Assembly: GCA_001818655.1 (NCBI GenBank)
Contig: MHLC01000022.1
Location: forward strand, 2,319-34,761
Length of the DNA: 32,443 bases
DNA from: Candidatus Liptonbacteria bacterium RIFCSPLOWO2_01_FULL_56_20
GTDB taxonomy: Bacteria; Patescibacteriota; Minisyncoccia; UBA6257; 2-01-FULL-56-20
Reading direction: 5' to 3'
The notes under the pieces are model-generated. The model saw only the letters and a list, made by a program, of their open reading frames with translations. It was not told the origin of the DNA and ran no database searches. Positions within the stretch are counted from its first letter, which is position 1. Every line of letters starts with the position of its first letter. The translations under genes and the position numbers were made by a program. Shown here piece after piece: positions 1 through 8,369 of the stretch.

Positions 1-1024
1 AAAGGTGTTGCTGGGGCGGCGTTTTGCGCGGCCCGCGGATCACCAGTTTTCCTTGGATGTAGTAGTTTGCGGACGGTATCGCGTAGGTACACGTGCGTTG
101 TACCGGACACCGGCCGCAGGAGCGTTCGTAGGTCCGTACTTGCGCGGGGCTCCAGACGAGCGGCACGGCGTCAATTCTAGTTTTCCGCCCCTTCTTTTTC
201 TTGTCGGTGGTGCTCAAGTTCCCCGGGTATTGGGCGCAGAGCGCGTACGACAAGAGCCAAACGGCGTCGCAGAGCCGTACCGGGTTAACTCGATGTCTCC
301 GGCAGTAGCGGTAGACCAGCCGCCGCACGCTCGCGAGAACCGCTTCGATATAGAGCCCGTTGCCGTTCAGTTCGCTCGGCGCGTGGCCCGTCGTGATGAG
401 CCGGTTCGCGAACACCACCCTGAGGACGTGGAAGTCCACGGGAATAGGGAAGTGGAAGCGGTCCACGAATCCGGCGTCCATCAGGAAATAGATGAGCATG
501 GAGACCATCTTTCCCTGGAAGCCGTAGAACCCGCGGTGCCGCGCTTTTTTCTTGCCGTTGTTTTTGATGCGCGCGCATGCCGCTTTGTAGCTCTTGACTC
601 CTCGCAAGAGTTCTGTGGGGTCTGACCACCACTCGTCGCGCAGCCGCCTGAAATTCAAGACCCAATTGCGGCTGATCTCGCTTGCCTGGAACCCAAGGCC
701 GACGCTGCGCAGGATGTCGCTGATCTTTTCTTTCTGCCAGTCGTCTATCCGTTCCGGCAGGAAAAGCATGGGATACCGCTCGTAGATTTCTGCGAGAGCG
801 CGTATCGCGACGTAGCTCTCGATACCTCCGCGCATGTAGTAGCACGCGCAGAACAAGAAGAGCGCGTGTTCTCGCGTGCCGAGCTTCAAACTCGGCGGCA
901 GGTTCTCGCGCGCCTGCGGCGGCGTGACCCACGGCAGGTTGTACGGGTATTCCTTGTCTTGGAGCGCCTGGAGCAGGCGCCCAAAGACCGCTTCCGCCCT
1001 CTTGCGGTGTGTGCGTATCTTCAC
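1..1024 (-). CDS. HhH-GPD superfamily (endonuclease III/Nth-like) DNA glycosylase-like protein, 3'-truncated by the window edge; not in the ORF track
   Basis: Manual translation from GTG at 1024 (GGAGG upstream) is open to the edge for 341 codons, starting MKIRTHRKRAEAVFGRLL. It contains an HhH-like GFYGFQGKMVSML, PIPVDFHVLRV (cf. Nth VDTH) and C-terminal LC...CGRCPVQRTC. Confidence 0.75.
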   Translation of the reverse strand, partial: MKIRTHRKRAEAVFGRLLQALQDKEYPYNLPWVTPPQARENLPPSLKLGTREHALFLFCACYYMRGGIESYVAIRALAEIYERYPMLFLPERIDDWQKEKISDILRSVGLGFQASEISRNWVLNFRRLRDEWWSDPTELLRGVKSYKAACARIKNNGKKKARHRGFYGFQGKMVSMLIYFLMDAGFVDRFHFPIPVDFHVLRVVFANRLITTGHAPSELNGNGLYIEAVLASVRRLVYRYCRRHRVNPVRLCDAVWLLSYALCAQYPGNLSTTDKKKKGRKTRIDAVPLVWSPAQVRTYERSCGRCPVQRTCTYAIPSANYYIQGKLVIRGPRKTPPQQHL

Positions 1025-1132
1025 GGGCGCCCTCCAGAAAGAGAAATTGTGAAAGGATGCTCTTGCGTGAGTTTAGCTCGTGGGTGGCTTTGCGGTCAAC
1101 CTATGCCTCTGGCATAAAATAACATGAGCGAT

Positions 1133-1164
1133 CTATTCGCTTATTCGCGCGAATGAGCGAATAG
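1133..1164. repeat. 32-bp near-perfect palindrome CTATTCGCTTATTCGCGCGAATGAGCGAATAG
   Basis: One T/G mismatch. The core ATTCGCGCGAAT recurs at 3291-3302. Confidence 0.8.
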
Positions 1165-1184
1165 TTGAGTTATAAAATACGTGC

Positions 1185-1216
1185 GGCCCGGGCAGTTAGA
1201 CAAACTGCACCGGGCC
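1185..1216 (-). terminator. GC-rich hairpin after the DksA-like gene, possible terminator
   Basis: GGCCCGGGCAGTT...AACTGCACCGGGCC; T-rich tract follows at a short distance on the minus strand. Confidence 0.4.
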
Positions 1217-1230
1217 GATGTGGTCAGGCC

Positions 1231-1662
1231 TCAAATCTCAAAGAGGCCGTGGCTGGCGTTCTGAGCGCGCCGATAAGCCAGTATGCGCTCGTGCTGGAGC
1301 GCAAGCTCGCGGGCTTCTTCACAGTCCTTGCAGCGGACCGCGAACGGCAGTGCCCGCAGGCGGCGCTCGAAGATCTCCTTGCCGCACTCGAAGCAGTAGC
1401 CGTAGGAGCCCTGCTCGAGACGCGCGAGCGCTTCGCGGATCTTCGTGAGCACCTCGGCCTTCATCCGGACGAGCTCGCGTTCGATGTCCTCCTGGATGCT
1501 CATTTCCGCCAGTTCGGCAAGATCTGCGCCGCTAGCCAGCGGCTCTTGCTGTCCGGCATCGCGAAGCATGCCGTGTACGTCCGCCAGGATTTCTCGCCGC
1601 CGCCCCTCGAGGATCTCCTTCAAAGCGGCGCGTCGTTCTTCGGTCATCGGCGTTTTCCCCAC
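1231..1662 (-). CDS. dksA: TraR/DksA C4-type zinc-finger transcription factor
   Basis: Coiled coil with DLAELA tip; GSYGYCFECGKEIFERRLRALPFAVRCKDC zinc finger; SD AGGAGGT upstream. Confidence 0.85.
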   Translation of the reverse strand: MGKTPMTEERRAALKEILEGRRREILADVHGMLRDAGQQEPLASGADLAELAEMSIQEDIERELVRMKAEVLTKIREALARLEQGSYGYCFECGKEIFERRLRALPFAVRCKDCEEARELALQHERILAYRRAQNASHGLFEI

Positions 1663-1732
1663 GGCTCACCTCCTACGTCAAGATTGCACCGTAGTCAATA
1701 ATAGCACGTTTATTATGTTTAGTCAAATCTGC

Positions 1733-1761
1733 TTGCCATCCGTGAGGGGAGGTGCTATGCT
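1733..1761 (+). promoter_or_regulatory. sigma70 promoter for rplJL
   Basis: TTGCCA-17 bp-TATGCT with a TG extension, just before the L10 leader. Confidence 0.6.
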
Positions 1762-1770
1762 ACTTCCACG

Positions 1771-1819
1771 TTCCGAAGACCGCGGGGGCTAGAAACGGCT
1801 TAATCATCCCGCTGAGGAA
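1771..1819 (+). ncRNA. Ribosomal protein L10 leader (autoregulatory RNA)
   Basis: TTCC-GAAGAC-CGCGGG..GGCTTAA..CCCGC-TGA-GGAA matches the remembered L10 leader core (GAAGAC..CUUAA..GAGG) and lies upstream of rplJ. Confidence 0.75.
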
Positions 1820-2025
1820 GCAAGCTTTTATGCATGCTTTTGTCGCCCGGAGCGGGCGATTTGTCGTTTAGGGGCGTCCATCGCCGTTGGCGGTGTGCTC
1901 GATTTTGCGAAACCTTACGGTTGGCAAAATCAGCAAAGGTCGAAGATAGATAAATGAAGTCCCGATGCAGAGATCGGGACATGAGAGTTCCTAAGCTCAT
2001 TAGGAATTCGCTAAGGCAACTCTAC

Positions 2026-2547
2026 ATGAAAACCAAAGCGCAAAAACAGGAAGAGCTGGACAAGGGACGCACACTGCTCGGCAAGAGCCAGGCAGTGCTT
2101 TTGGTTGACTTCAGCAAGGTCAAGACATCGGCTTTGCGCAGTCTGCGCCAGGAGCTCAAAAACAACCAGAGCCCGATGCTGGTCATCAAGAAGCGGCTTT
2201 TGAGCATCCTTCTCAAAGAGAAAGGATTGCCCTTCGACGAGCTCAGGGCGAGCGGCGGCATGAAGGCGCCGCTCGGCACGATTTTCGCTTCCAATCTGGA
2301 GCAGGCCGCAGGTTTCGTGTACCGCTTTTTCGCCGCACTGGAGAAAGAGAAAAAAGTGGACTCGGCCAAGGTAAAATTGCTTGGCGGTTATGACCTCTCG
2401 AAAAACGAATTCATTCCGGCGGAGCGCGCCGTATTCATCGGTCAACTGCCGCCGCGGGAAGTGCTGTTGGCGCAGCTGCTCTATATGCTCGCCGCCCCGA
2501 TCCGTTCGTTCCTGTATGTGCTTGACCAGAGGGCCAAGAAGATCTAA
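2026..2547 (+). CDS. rplJ: 50S ribosomal protein L10
   Basis: MKTKAQK...LRSLRQEL...LPPREVLLAQLLYMLAAP; precedes rplL. Start moved to ATG 2026. Confidence 0.9.
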   Translation: MKTKAQKQEELDKGRTLLGKSQAVLLVDFSKVKTSALRSLRQELKNNQSPMLVIKKRLLSILLKEKGLPFDELRASGGMKAPLGTIFASNLEQAAGFVYRFFAALEKEKKVDSAKVKLLGGYDLSKNEFIPAERAVFIGQLPPREVLLAQLLYMLAAPIRSFLYVLDQRAKKI

Positions 2548-2623
2548 CTGGTCGAGTGATGAACTCGTCGAAGCATTAAGCGAAAAGTCAAAACAAACAA
2601 CCTAAGGTCGAAATCAAAAAAAC

Positions 2624-2992
2624 ATGAGCGAAAAATTCGATAAACTTATCTCCGAAATTGAAAAATTGTCCGCGCTGGAGCTCGCGGAACTGGTGAAAGC
2701 GCTGGAAGAGAAATTCGGCATTTCGGCTGCCGCGCCGATTGCGGCAGGCGCAGGCGGAGCCGCCCCTGCTGAAGAAGAAAAAACGAGCTTCAACGTGCTC
2801 CTTAAATCCTCTGGTGAGCAGAAGATAAACGTGATCAAAGTGGTCCGCGAAGCGACCGGCCTGGGGCTCAAGGAATCCAAGGATATGGTGGACGGCGCGC
2901 CAAAGACGGTCAAGGAGGGGCTGAAGAAGGAAGAGGCAGAAGAGTTAAAGAAAAAGCTGGAAGCGGCCGGAGCAACAGCGGAGATACAATAG
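2624..2992 (+). CDS. rplL: 50S ribosomal protein L7/L12
   Basis: [19 protein letters not shown]...[27 protein letters not shown]. Confidence 0.98.
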   Translation: MSEKFDKLISEIEKLSALELAELVKALEEKFGISAAAPIAAGAGGAAPAEEEKTSFNVLLKSSGEQKINVIKVVREATGLGLKESKDMVDGAPKTVKEGLKKEEAEELKKKLEAAGATAEIQ

Positions 2993-2993
2993 A

Positions 2994-3045
2994 TAGAGAG
3001 TAGGAGATATCCGAAGATAGCGAGTAGGGAGTAGGAAGTAGGGGT
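2994..3045 (+). repeat. Degenerate TAGNNAG heptamer array
   Basis: TAGAGAG TAGGAGA ... TAGCGAG TAGGGAG TAGGAAG TAGGGGT immediately after rplL. Confidence 0.75.
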
Positions 3046-3051
3046 ATCCGA

Positions 3052-3086
3052 AAGAGCGCTCTTCACAAAGGGCGCTTTTTTGTTTT
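3052..3086 (+). terminator. Rho-independent terminator of rplJL
   Basis: AAGAGCGCTCTT-CACA-AAGGGCGCTTTT followed by a T tract. Confidence 0.75.
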
Positions 3087-3101
3087 ATGATGGCCTAGAA
3101 T

Positions 3102-3283
3102 GCGCCCATAGCTCAGTGGTAGAGCGTCCCGTTCACATCCGCCTGCCAAAGCGCGCGTTTAGCTCAGTGGTAGAGCGCTTCGTTCACATCGAAGAGGTCG
3201 CTGGTTCGATCCCAGCAACGCGCACCATAAAAGCGGCGGGCAGGTCGGGAAGGCCTGAAGCTCGATCTTTCATGGGCGCACCA
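3102..3283 (+). tRNA. Outer split tRNA-Val(CAC)-like gene: 5' part 3102-3137, 3' part 3245-3283, with a 107-nt intervening sequence containing another tRNA-Val
   Basis: Acceptor GCGCCCA/TGGGCGC+ACCA; D arm GCTC/GAGC; anticodon stem TCCCG/CGGGA; loop TT-CAC-A|T; T stem TGAAG/TTTCA with non-canonical loop CTCGATC. Confidence 0.75.
3153..3227 (+). tRNA. tRNA-Val(CAC), intact, nested inside the outer tRNA-Val
   Basis: GCGCGTT/AACGCGC acceptor; CTTCG/CGAAG anticodon stem; CAC at 3185-3187; GCTGG-TTCGATC-CCAGC; encoded CCA. Confidence 0.96.
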
Positions 3284-3331
3284 TTCTCTCATTCGCGCGA
3301 ATGGTAGAATGAGGAGAATGATCAGGCGACC

Positions 3332-3871
3332 ATGAAACGCGCGCTTATTTTCGGTACAATAGTGGTGGCGGGCATCCTTGTGTACGCCGCCGCGTTGCAG
3401 AAACCGGCTGCGCCATCGCAACAACAAACCATGCTGCTCACAAGTTCCGCGTTCGAACAGAACGCATACATCCCCAAGAAATTCAGCTGCGAGGGATGGA
3501 ACATTAACCCTGAGCTTTTGATCCAGGGCGTGCCTCAAGAGGCAAAGAGCTTGACATTGATCATGGATGACCCGGACGCGCCACGGGGCACGTTCACGCA
3601 CTGGCTCGTGTGGAACATTGATCCCACGACGACTGTGATAAAAGAAGAGAGTGTGCCTCCGGGCAGTATCGAGGGCGCAAACGACGCGGGCAAGATTGGC
3701 TACATTGGCCCATGTCCGCCTCCGGGCGCGCCGCACCGCTATTTTTTCAAACTGTACGCACTTGATGTTTTACTTGACCTTAAATCAGGCGCAAGCAAAA
3801 CCGAACTTGAAGCCGCGCTCCGCAGCCACAGTGAGGCGCAGACAGAGCTTGTCGGCCTTTACGCGCGATAA
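3332..3871 (+). CDS. YbhB/YbcL family (PEBP/Raf kinase inhibitor-like) protein with N-terminal signal/anchor
   Basis: DPDAP..FTHWLVWNI...GYIGPCPPPG..HRYFFKLYALD. Confidence 0.92.
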   Translation: MKRALIFGTIVVAGILVYAAALQKPAAPSQQQTMLLTSSAFEQNAYIPKKFSCEGWNINPELLIQGVPQEAKSLTLIMDDPDAPRGTFTHWLVWNIDPTTTVIKEESVPPGSIEGANDAGKIGYIGPCPPPGAPHRYFFKLYALDVLLDLKSGASKTELEAALRSHSEAQTELVGLYAR

Positions 3872-3881
3872 CGAGCGCGCG

Positions 3882-5561
3882 TCAAGGCGTTAACGCGCCT
3901 TCGTAAACGGTGTTGATCCGTTGCACGACTACGATCTCAAAGCCCTTGGAAGTGTTTTCTGCGCCTGACGTGAGCGTCACGGTGATGGGATACGTGCCCG
4001 GGGTCGTGGGGAAGCCCGAGATGGTCGCGGGCGCGCGGCACGGCGCCATAATGCAGACCGCTGGCGTGAGGGTGAGCCCCGGCGGGAGATTGCCCGCGGT
4101 GATGCTCCAGACATAGGTGCCTGCGCCGCCCTGGGCAACGAGCGCCGCCTCATATTTTTCGCCTTGGACGACCTGCGGGAGGGATTCCGTGTTGATCATA
4201 AAGAACTGGAGCGGCATAACCTGGAAGTTCGCCGTATTGCTCGTCCCGTTCTTGTTCGTGACCGTGATGGGATAGCTTCCCGGCGCAAGCACGACTTGAG
4301 CGCAGGACGCGAATGGCGCGCAGGGCGTTGCGGGGATCGCGAACGTAAGCGTTTTCCCGTCCGGAGACGAGAGGTCCTGGACCGCGCGCGTGACGCCGGC
4401 GAAGCTTATATGATTCTGCGTCGGCGTGAATCCGAATCCGCCAAGGGTCACTTGCGTGCCTACGCTTCCCGAGCCGGGCGTGATCGTGGTGATGATGGGG
4501 ATCGCCTCCACCTCGTTTTTGTCGCGTATGCGGATGCTTCCGACATCGGTGATCATGTTATTTATCTCGTCCAGTACGCCTTCTATGGTCACGAAAATGT
4601 CCGTTTTGAGGGTGCTTGTGACGGTGACGAGCTTTGCGTCGCGCGTCCGGATCACAAAACTGCCGTCTCCGGCGTTGATCTGCGTGATAATGCCGTCAAT
4701 GGACTGCTTTTCCCTGGCGATTTTCGGCTGGGAAAGGTCGCGGATCACTTCGGCCTCAACGACTTGGGCGTTCGCATCCAATGCCGATCCGTAAATATTC
4801 AGCTTGTCGCCGATCGCGATGCTGTTGAACGCGATATTCCCCCGGTTGCGGTCAAGGATGATGGTCTTTGACGTGACCCGCACCTCGTATTTTCGTACAA
4901 AATCGAGCTGTGGCCGCACGAGCGGGGGAACCGCGATGCTCCGTCCCGCGGCGCTCTCGTCGAGCGAGCGGACGCCCAAGGGGCAGGGCGCCTCTGTTTT
5001 CGCGCCGTTCCAGAAGCCGTAGCACGGATACTCCGGCCGCTGGATCACAATGAGCGTCTGCGGGCTTCCGGCTGCGACGCCGATCACTTCGGTGTTATCG
5101 AGCTGGATAAAGGTTCGCTCAGGCGGCTTTGAAAGATTGCGCACGATGAGCCCGCGGATCGAACCATCGGTGTTATAGAAGCCGTAGACGTTGATGAGAT
5201 CGCCTACCGAAAAATCCGAAAACGCCGCGGCTTGACGTTGTTTCAAGAGAAGGATGGTTTCTGCAGTGATCTGGATGCGGTAGCCAACTTCCCGGGGCGA
5301 GGGGCATATGGCAGATTCGCCTCGCACCGCGCTTTCGCTCGGGAACCGCAGACAGCTTACCGAAGCTGCGAGCGTGGCCGCGGCAAAGATTTCCGCAGGC
5401 AGTCCGCCCGAAGAGATCTGCGTGATCCGCATCGACGGAAACTGAAGAATATCTCCTTCGTCAATAATTGCAGGCGCAGCATATGCGTTATTCCCTGCGG
5501 AATAAGGGATAATGACAAGCGCTGCCGCAGCCGCGATGATGAGTAATAAGTTCTTCGCCAT
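3882..5561 (-). CDS. Secreted/surface protein with repeated beta-rich (DUF5666-like) units, an IPT/TIG-like domain and a C-terminal putative Ig domain
   Basis: Signal peptide MAKNLLLIIAAAAAL. Two repeats of IxxxTxxL..FsdxxVGDxINVYG. PIITTITPGSGSVGTQVTLGGFGF (IPT). WSITAGNLPPGLTL..ISGFPTTPGTYPITV (Ig). Start moved to ATG 5561. Confidence 0.75.
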   Translation of the reverse strand: MAKNLLLIIAAAAALVIIPYSAGNNAYAAPAIIDEGDILQFPSMRITQISSGGLPAEIFAAATLAASVSCLRFPSESAVRGESAICPSPREVGYRIQITAETILLLKQRQAAAFSDFSVGDLINVYGFYNTDGSIRGLIVRNLSKPPERTFIQLDNTEVIGVAAGSPQTLIVIQRPEYPCYGFWNGAKTEAPCPLGVRSLDESAAGRSIAVPPLVRPQLDFVRKYEVRVTSKTIILDRNRGNIAFNSIAIGDKLNIYGSALDANAQVVEAEVIRDLSQPKIAREKQSIDGIITQINAGDGSFVIRTRDAKLVTVTSTLKTDIFVTIEGVLDEINNMITDVGSIRIRDKNEVEAIPIITTITPGSGSVGTQVTLGGFGFTPTQNHISFAGVTRAVQDLSSPDGKTLTFAIPATPCAPFASCAQVVLAPGSYPITVTNKNGTSNTANFQVMPLQFFMINTESLPQVVQGEKYEAALVAQGGAGTYVWSITAGNLPPGLTLTPAVCIMAPCRAPATISGFPTTPGTYPITVTLTSGAENTSKGFEIVVVQRINTVYEGALTP

Positions 5562-5827
5562 GGTCACAGTGCATATTATACTACGAATCTCTGCACGAGG
5601 CGTTACATAGTCGCACTGCGCTATCCACAGGGTATCTTGACGCAGGTCTGGATCAACGCTATTGTTAGCCAATTCCCATGCAGGCGTTTAACTTCGCAAC
5701 CAAGGATTTTGCAGCCGCACTTCGCACGTGCTGGCTGCTTTTCGGCATTTACTTTATTGGCCGACCAACGGATCAGGAGGCGACTACCGCAATGTTCTAG
5801 AGAAAAGTATTAACAAGAACGAACTTG

Positions 5828-5855
5828 CAAGAGCCCCTGATCCGAGGGGCTCTTG
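5828..5855. repeat. 11-bp-stem hairpin in the divergent intergenic region
   Basis: CAAGAGCCCCT-GATCCG-AGGGGCTCTTG. Confidence 0.65.
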
Positions 5856-5951
5856 TGTTATGCGGCCTGAAAATCGTCCGGCTGCGCAGGTGCAGATGAA
5901 CGATTTTCAGATCGCATGGTGCGGTCTGAAGCACATTAGTGAGGGGGCGTT

Positions 5952-6518
5952 ATGCAGCAGGGCAGGACAACTCCGGGAGAGCCGGCGATTGAGCGCATCT
6001 TTGCGTTCAAGGGAACAGTAGGGGAGCGAATTCTTGAAGAGATTGCTCATCCTACGGCGCAGCCGATGCGCCACAAGCGGGTTTTCGGAACGATGTGGGT
6101 CCGAAAGTGGGGAGCAGACGGTCATGAGGCTTGCAGAGGCATCGTGGTCGTAGGCACCACACGTATCCCGCTCATGCTTGAGAAAGGCATGGCGGTTGCG
6201 GACGAGCCGAGGACGCTCGTTATCCAGCAGGTGCCGGGATGCAGGCATTCGCTCAAGCCCGCGGTAAACGGCAGCCGGGCAACTATTCTTGAGGTCGGAA
6301 GCGAACTGAACGAGAATCGGCTTAAGGGATTTGCCTGTCAAGTTGTTGCGGCCTTCGTGATCCACGGCTTTTGCTGGAAAGATCGCAACGGCAAGGAGCT
6401 GCAAGAGCCCTATGGCGACAGGGTTGACCCTGTTGCGAAAGCAAGGCGAAAGGCAAAGAAAAAGGCGAAGCAGCCACAAAAGCCTGACAGCTACGACCGC
6501 TACCTCGGCATTTGGTAG
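5952..6518 (+). CDS. Hypothetical protein (188 aa, basic C-terminus)
   Basis: GAGGGGG SD-like sequence before the ATG; fills the gap; no recognised motif. Confidence 0.6.
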   Translation: MQQGRTTPGEPAIERIFAFKGTVGERILEEIAHPTAQPMRHKRVFGTMWVRKWGADGHEACRGIVVVGTTRIPLMLEKGMAVADEPRTLVIQQVPGCRHSLKPAVNGSRATILEVGSELNENRLKGFACQVVAAFVIHGFCWKDRNGKELQEPYGDRVDPVAKARRKAKKKAKQPQKPDSYDRYLGIW

Positions 6519-6749
6519 GCCTTTGGTAGCGCTGTCCTTTCTGCTCTTGCCGCCCAAGTTTACGGGGAATCTGCTGCTCTGGCCCAAGCCGGAGAATTGC
6601 CGGTTCCCCGCTTCTTTTTTCAAAACATTTGGGTTAGATTGGTAAAGATGAAAATCCTGCGCACGAGGTTTAAAAAAGACCGGGTTCGTCCGTTGTAATA
6701 AAACCGGCCGAGTACCGCAGGATAAACAGGTTTTTCGGAACGTGAAGCT

Positions 6750-7745
6750 ATGAAACTATCTATCGGTATTGTGGGGCTGCCGAATGTGGGCAAGTCAACT
6801 CTGTTCAACCTCTTGACCAAGCAGAGCGTTTTGGCGGCCAATTACCCGTTCGCGACCATTGACCCGAACGTGGGCGTGGTCGCCGTGCCGGACGAGCGGG
6901 TGGATACGCTCGCAGAGATGAGCAAGTCCAAAAAGAAAATCCCCGCGGTCGTGGAGTTCTATGACATCGCAGGACTGGTGAAGGGCGCTTACAAGGGCGA
7001 GGGGCTTGGCAACCAGTTCCTCGCGCACATCCGTGAAGCGCAGGCGATCGTGGTCGTACTGCGCGTATTCAATGACCCGGGCGTGGTTCATGTGGAGAGT
7101 ACCATAGATCCTCTGCGGGACATGGGAACCATAAATACGGAATTGGCGCTCAAAGACCTGGAAACCGTGAACAAGCGTTTGGATAAAGCAGAGGGCGAGG
7201 CGCGAACCGGCGATAAAAAGGCGATAAAAAATATGGAGGTGCTTAAAACGGTCAAAGCAGAACTGGAAAAAGGGAATTTGATCCATCAATTCGGCGAAGA
7301 GGAAATCGTGCGGGAGATGCAGCTTTTGACCTCAAAAAAACAGCTGTATCTCCTGAACGGCGATGAGGCCGACGTGAGCGCAAGATTGGAAGCGGAGATA
7401 AAAAAACTGGGCGCGGATTATTTGGTCGCGAATTTGGCAGCGATTAAGGATCTGGGCGAGCTCATAAAAAAAGCGTATGCGATCCTGGATCTTATAAGCT
7501 TTTTAACTACCGGCGAAGACGAAACCAGGGCGTGGACTATCAAGCGCGGCACCAGGGCCCCGGAAGCGGCCGGCGTGATCCATACTGATTTTGAGAAGAA
7601 TTTCATCCGCGCCGAGGTCGTGAATTGGAAAAAGCTGCTTGAGTCAGGCGGATGGAGTCAGGCCAAGCAAAAAGGGCTGATACGGCTCGAAGGTAAGGAG
7701 TATGTGGTGCAGGACGGGGACGTGATGGTGGTGAGGCACGGGTAG
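6750..7745 (+). CDS. ychF: Ribosome-binding ATPase YchF
   Basis: GIVGLPNVGKSTLFN, ANYPFATIDPN, DIAGLV, GEGLGNQFL; TGS domain GVIHTDFEKNFIRAEV. Confidence 0.97.
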   Translation: MKLSIGIVGLPNVGKSTLFNLLTKQSVLAANYPFATIDPNVGVVAVPDERVDTLAEMSKSKKKIPAVVEFYDIAGLVKGAYKGEGLGNQFLAHIREAQAIVVVLRVFNDPGVVHVESTIDPLRDMGTINTELALKDLETVNKRLDKAEGEARTGDKKAIKNMEVLKTVKAELEKGNLIHQFGEEEIVREMQLLTSKKQLYLLNGDEADVSARLEAEIKKLGADYLVANLAAIKDLGELIKKAYAILDLISFLTTGEDETRAWTIKRGTRAPEAAGVIHTDFEKNFIRAEVVNWKKLLESGGWSQAKQKGLIRLEGKEYVVQDGDVMVVRHG

Positions 7746-7760
7746 TTGACGTGCGCCGAG

Positions 7761-8369
7761 CTAAGACCGCCGTTCCAGCGCACTACCCAGCGTTTCGTCG
7801 TCCGCAAATTCTATCTCGCCGCCCGTGGGCAATCCTCGCCCCAGGCGGCTTACTGTTTTCGCGAGCGGCGCAAGTTCTTTCATAAGGAGCGAGGCGTTGA
7901 AATCTCCCGCAGAAGTAGGGTTGAACGCGAGGATTACCTCTTTTGCCTGCCCGCCCAATTCTTTTTCAATGAAGCGCTTGAGATTCTGCAGGCGCAGTTT
8001 TTGCCATTCTTCCAAAATGCCCGTCTTCGGAATTATCCCGAGGATGCAGTAGCGGCCGGTGTATTTTCCCGTGTTCTCAAGCGAGAGGAGGTCAGTCTCT
8101 TTTTCCACGATCATGATCACGCCAGGGTCGCGGCTCGGGCTCTCGCAGATATGGCAGAGACGGCCGGGATTTTGATGGACGAAAAAGCAGCGCTCGCAGA
8201 TCTTCACCCGGCCGAGCTCGTCAAGGTCGCGCGCAAGGCCGTGGATGGCATCGCCGCCCTGCGCGACAAGATAAAACGCCAAGCGGGTCGCCTGGCGGGG
8301 GCCGATCGAGGGAAGCTCGGCCAAGCGCTCAATAAGTCTTTTCGCCGACTCCGGCAGGTTCGCTTTCAT
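7761..8369 (-). CDS. recR: Recombination protein RecR
   Basis: LPSIGPRQATRLAFYL HhH; CERC..CHIC zinc finger; Toprim; RLGRGLPTGGEIEFAD. Confidence 0.95.
   Translation of the reverse strand: MKANLPESAKRLIERLAELPSIGPRQATRLAFYLVAQGGDAIHGLARDLDELGRVKICERCFFVHQNPGRLCHICESPSRDPGVIMIVEKETDLLSLENTGKYTGRYCILGIIPKTGILEEWQKLRLQNLKRFIEKELGGQAKEVILAFNPTSAGDFNASLLMKELAPLAKTVSRLGRGLPTGGEIEFADDETLGSALERRS

Noticed and set aside
5-932. Track ORFs 5-625(+) and 285-932(-) as real genes
   Set aside because: They are shadow frames of the edge-truncated minus-strand ORF starting at 1024, which has an SD and recognisable motifs.
3102-3283. Nested tRNAs as an assembly artefact of repeated tRNA genes
   Set aside because: Outer and inner copies differ by compensatory stem substitutions and have unique mutually complementary arms; the pattern occurs twice. 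A read check is still advisable.
6650-6735. Possible structured RNA upstream of ychF (ATCCTGCG/CGCAGGAT)
   Set aside because: A single 8-bp stem with no recognisable riboswitch motif; too weak to call.
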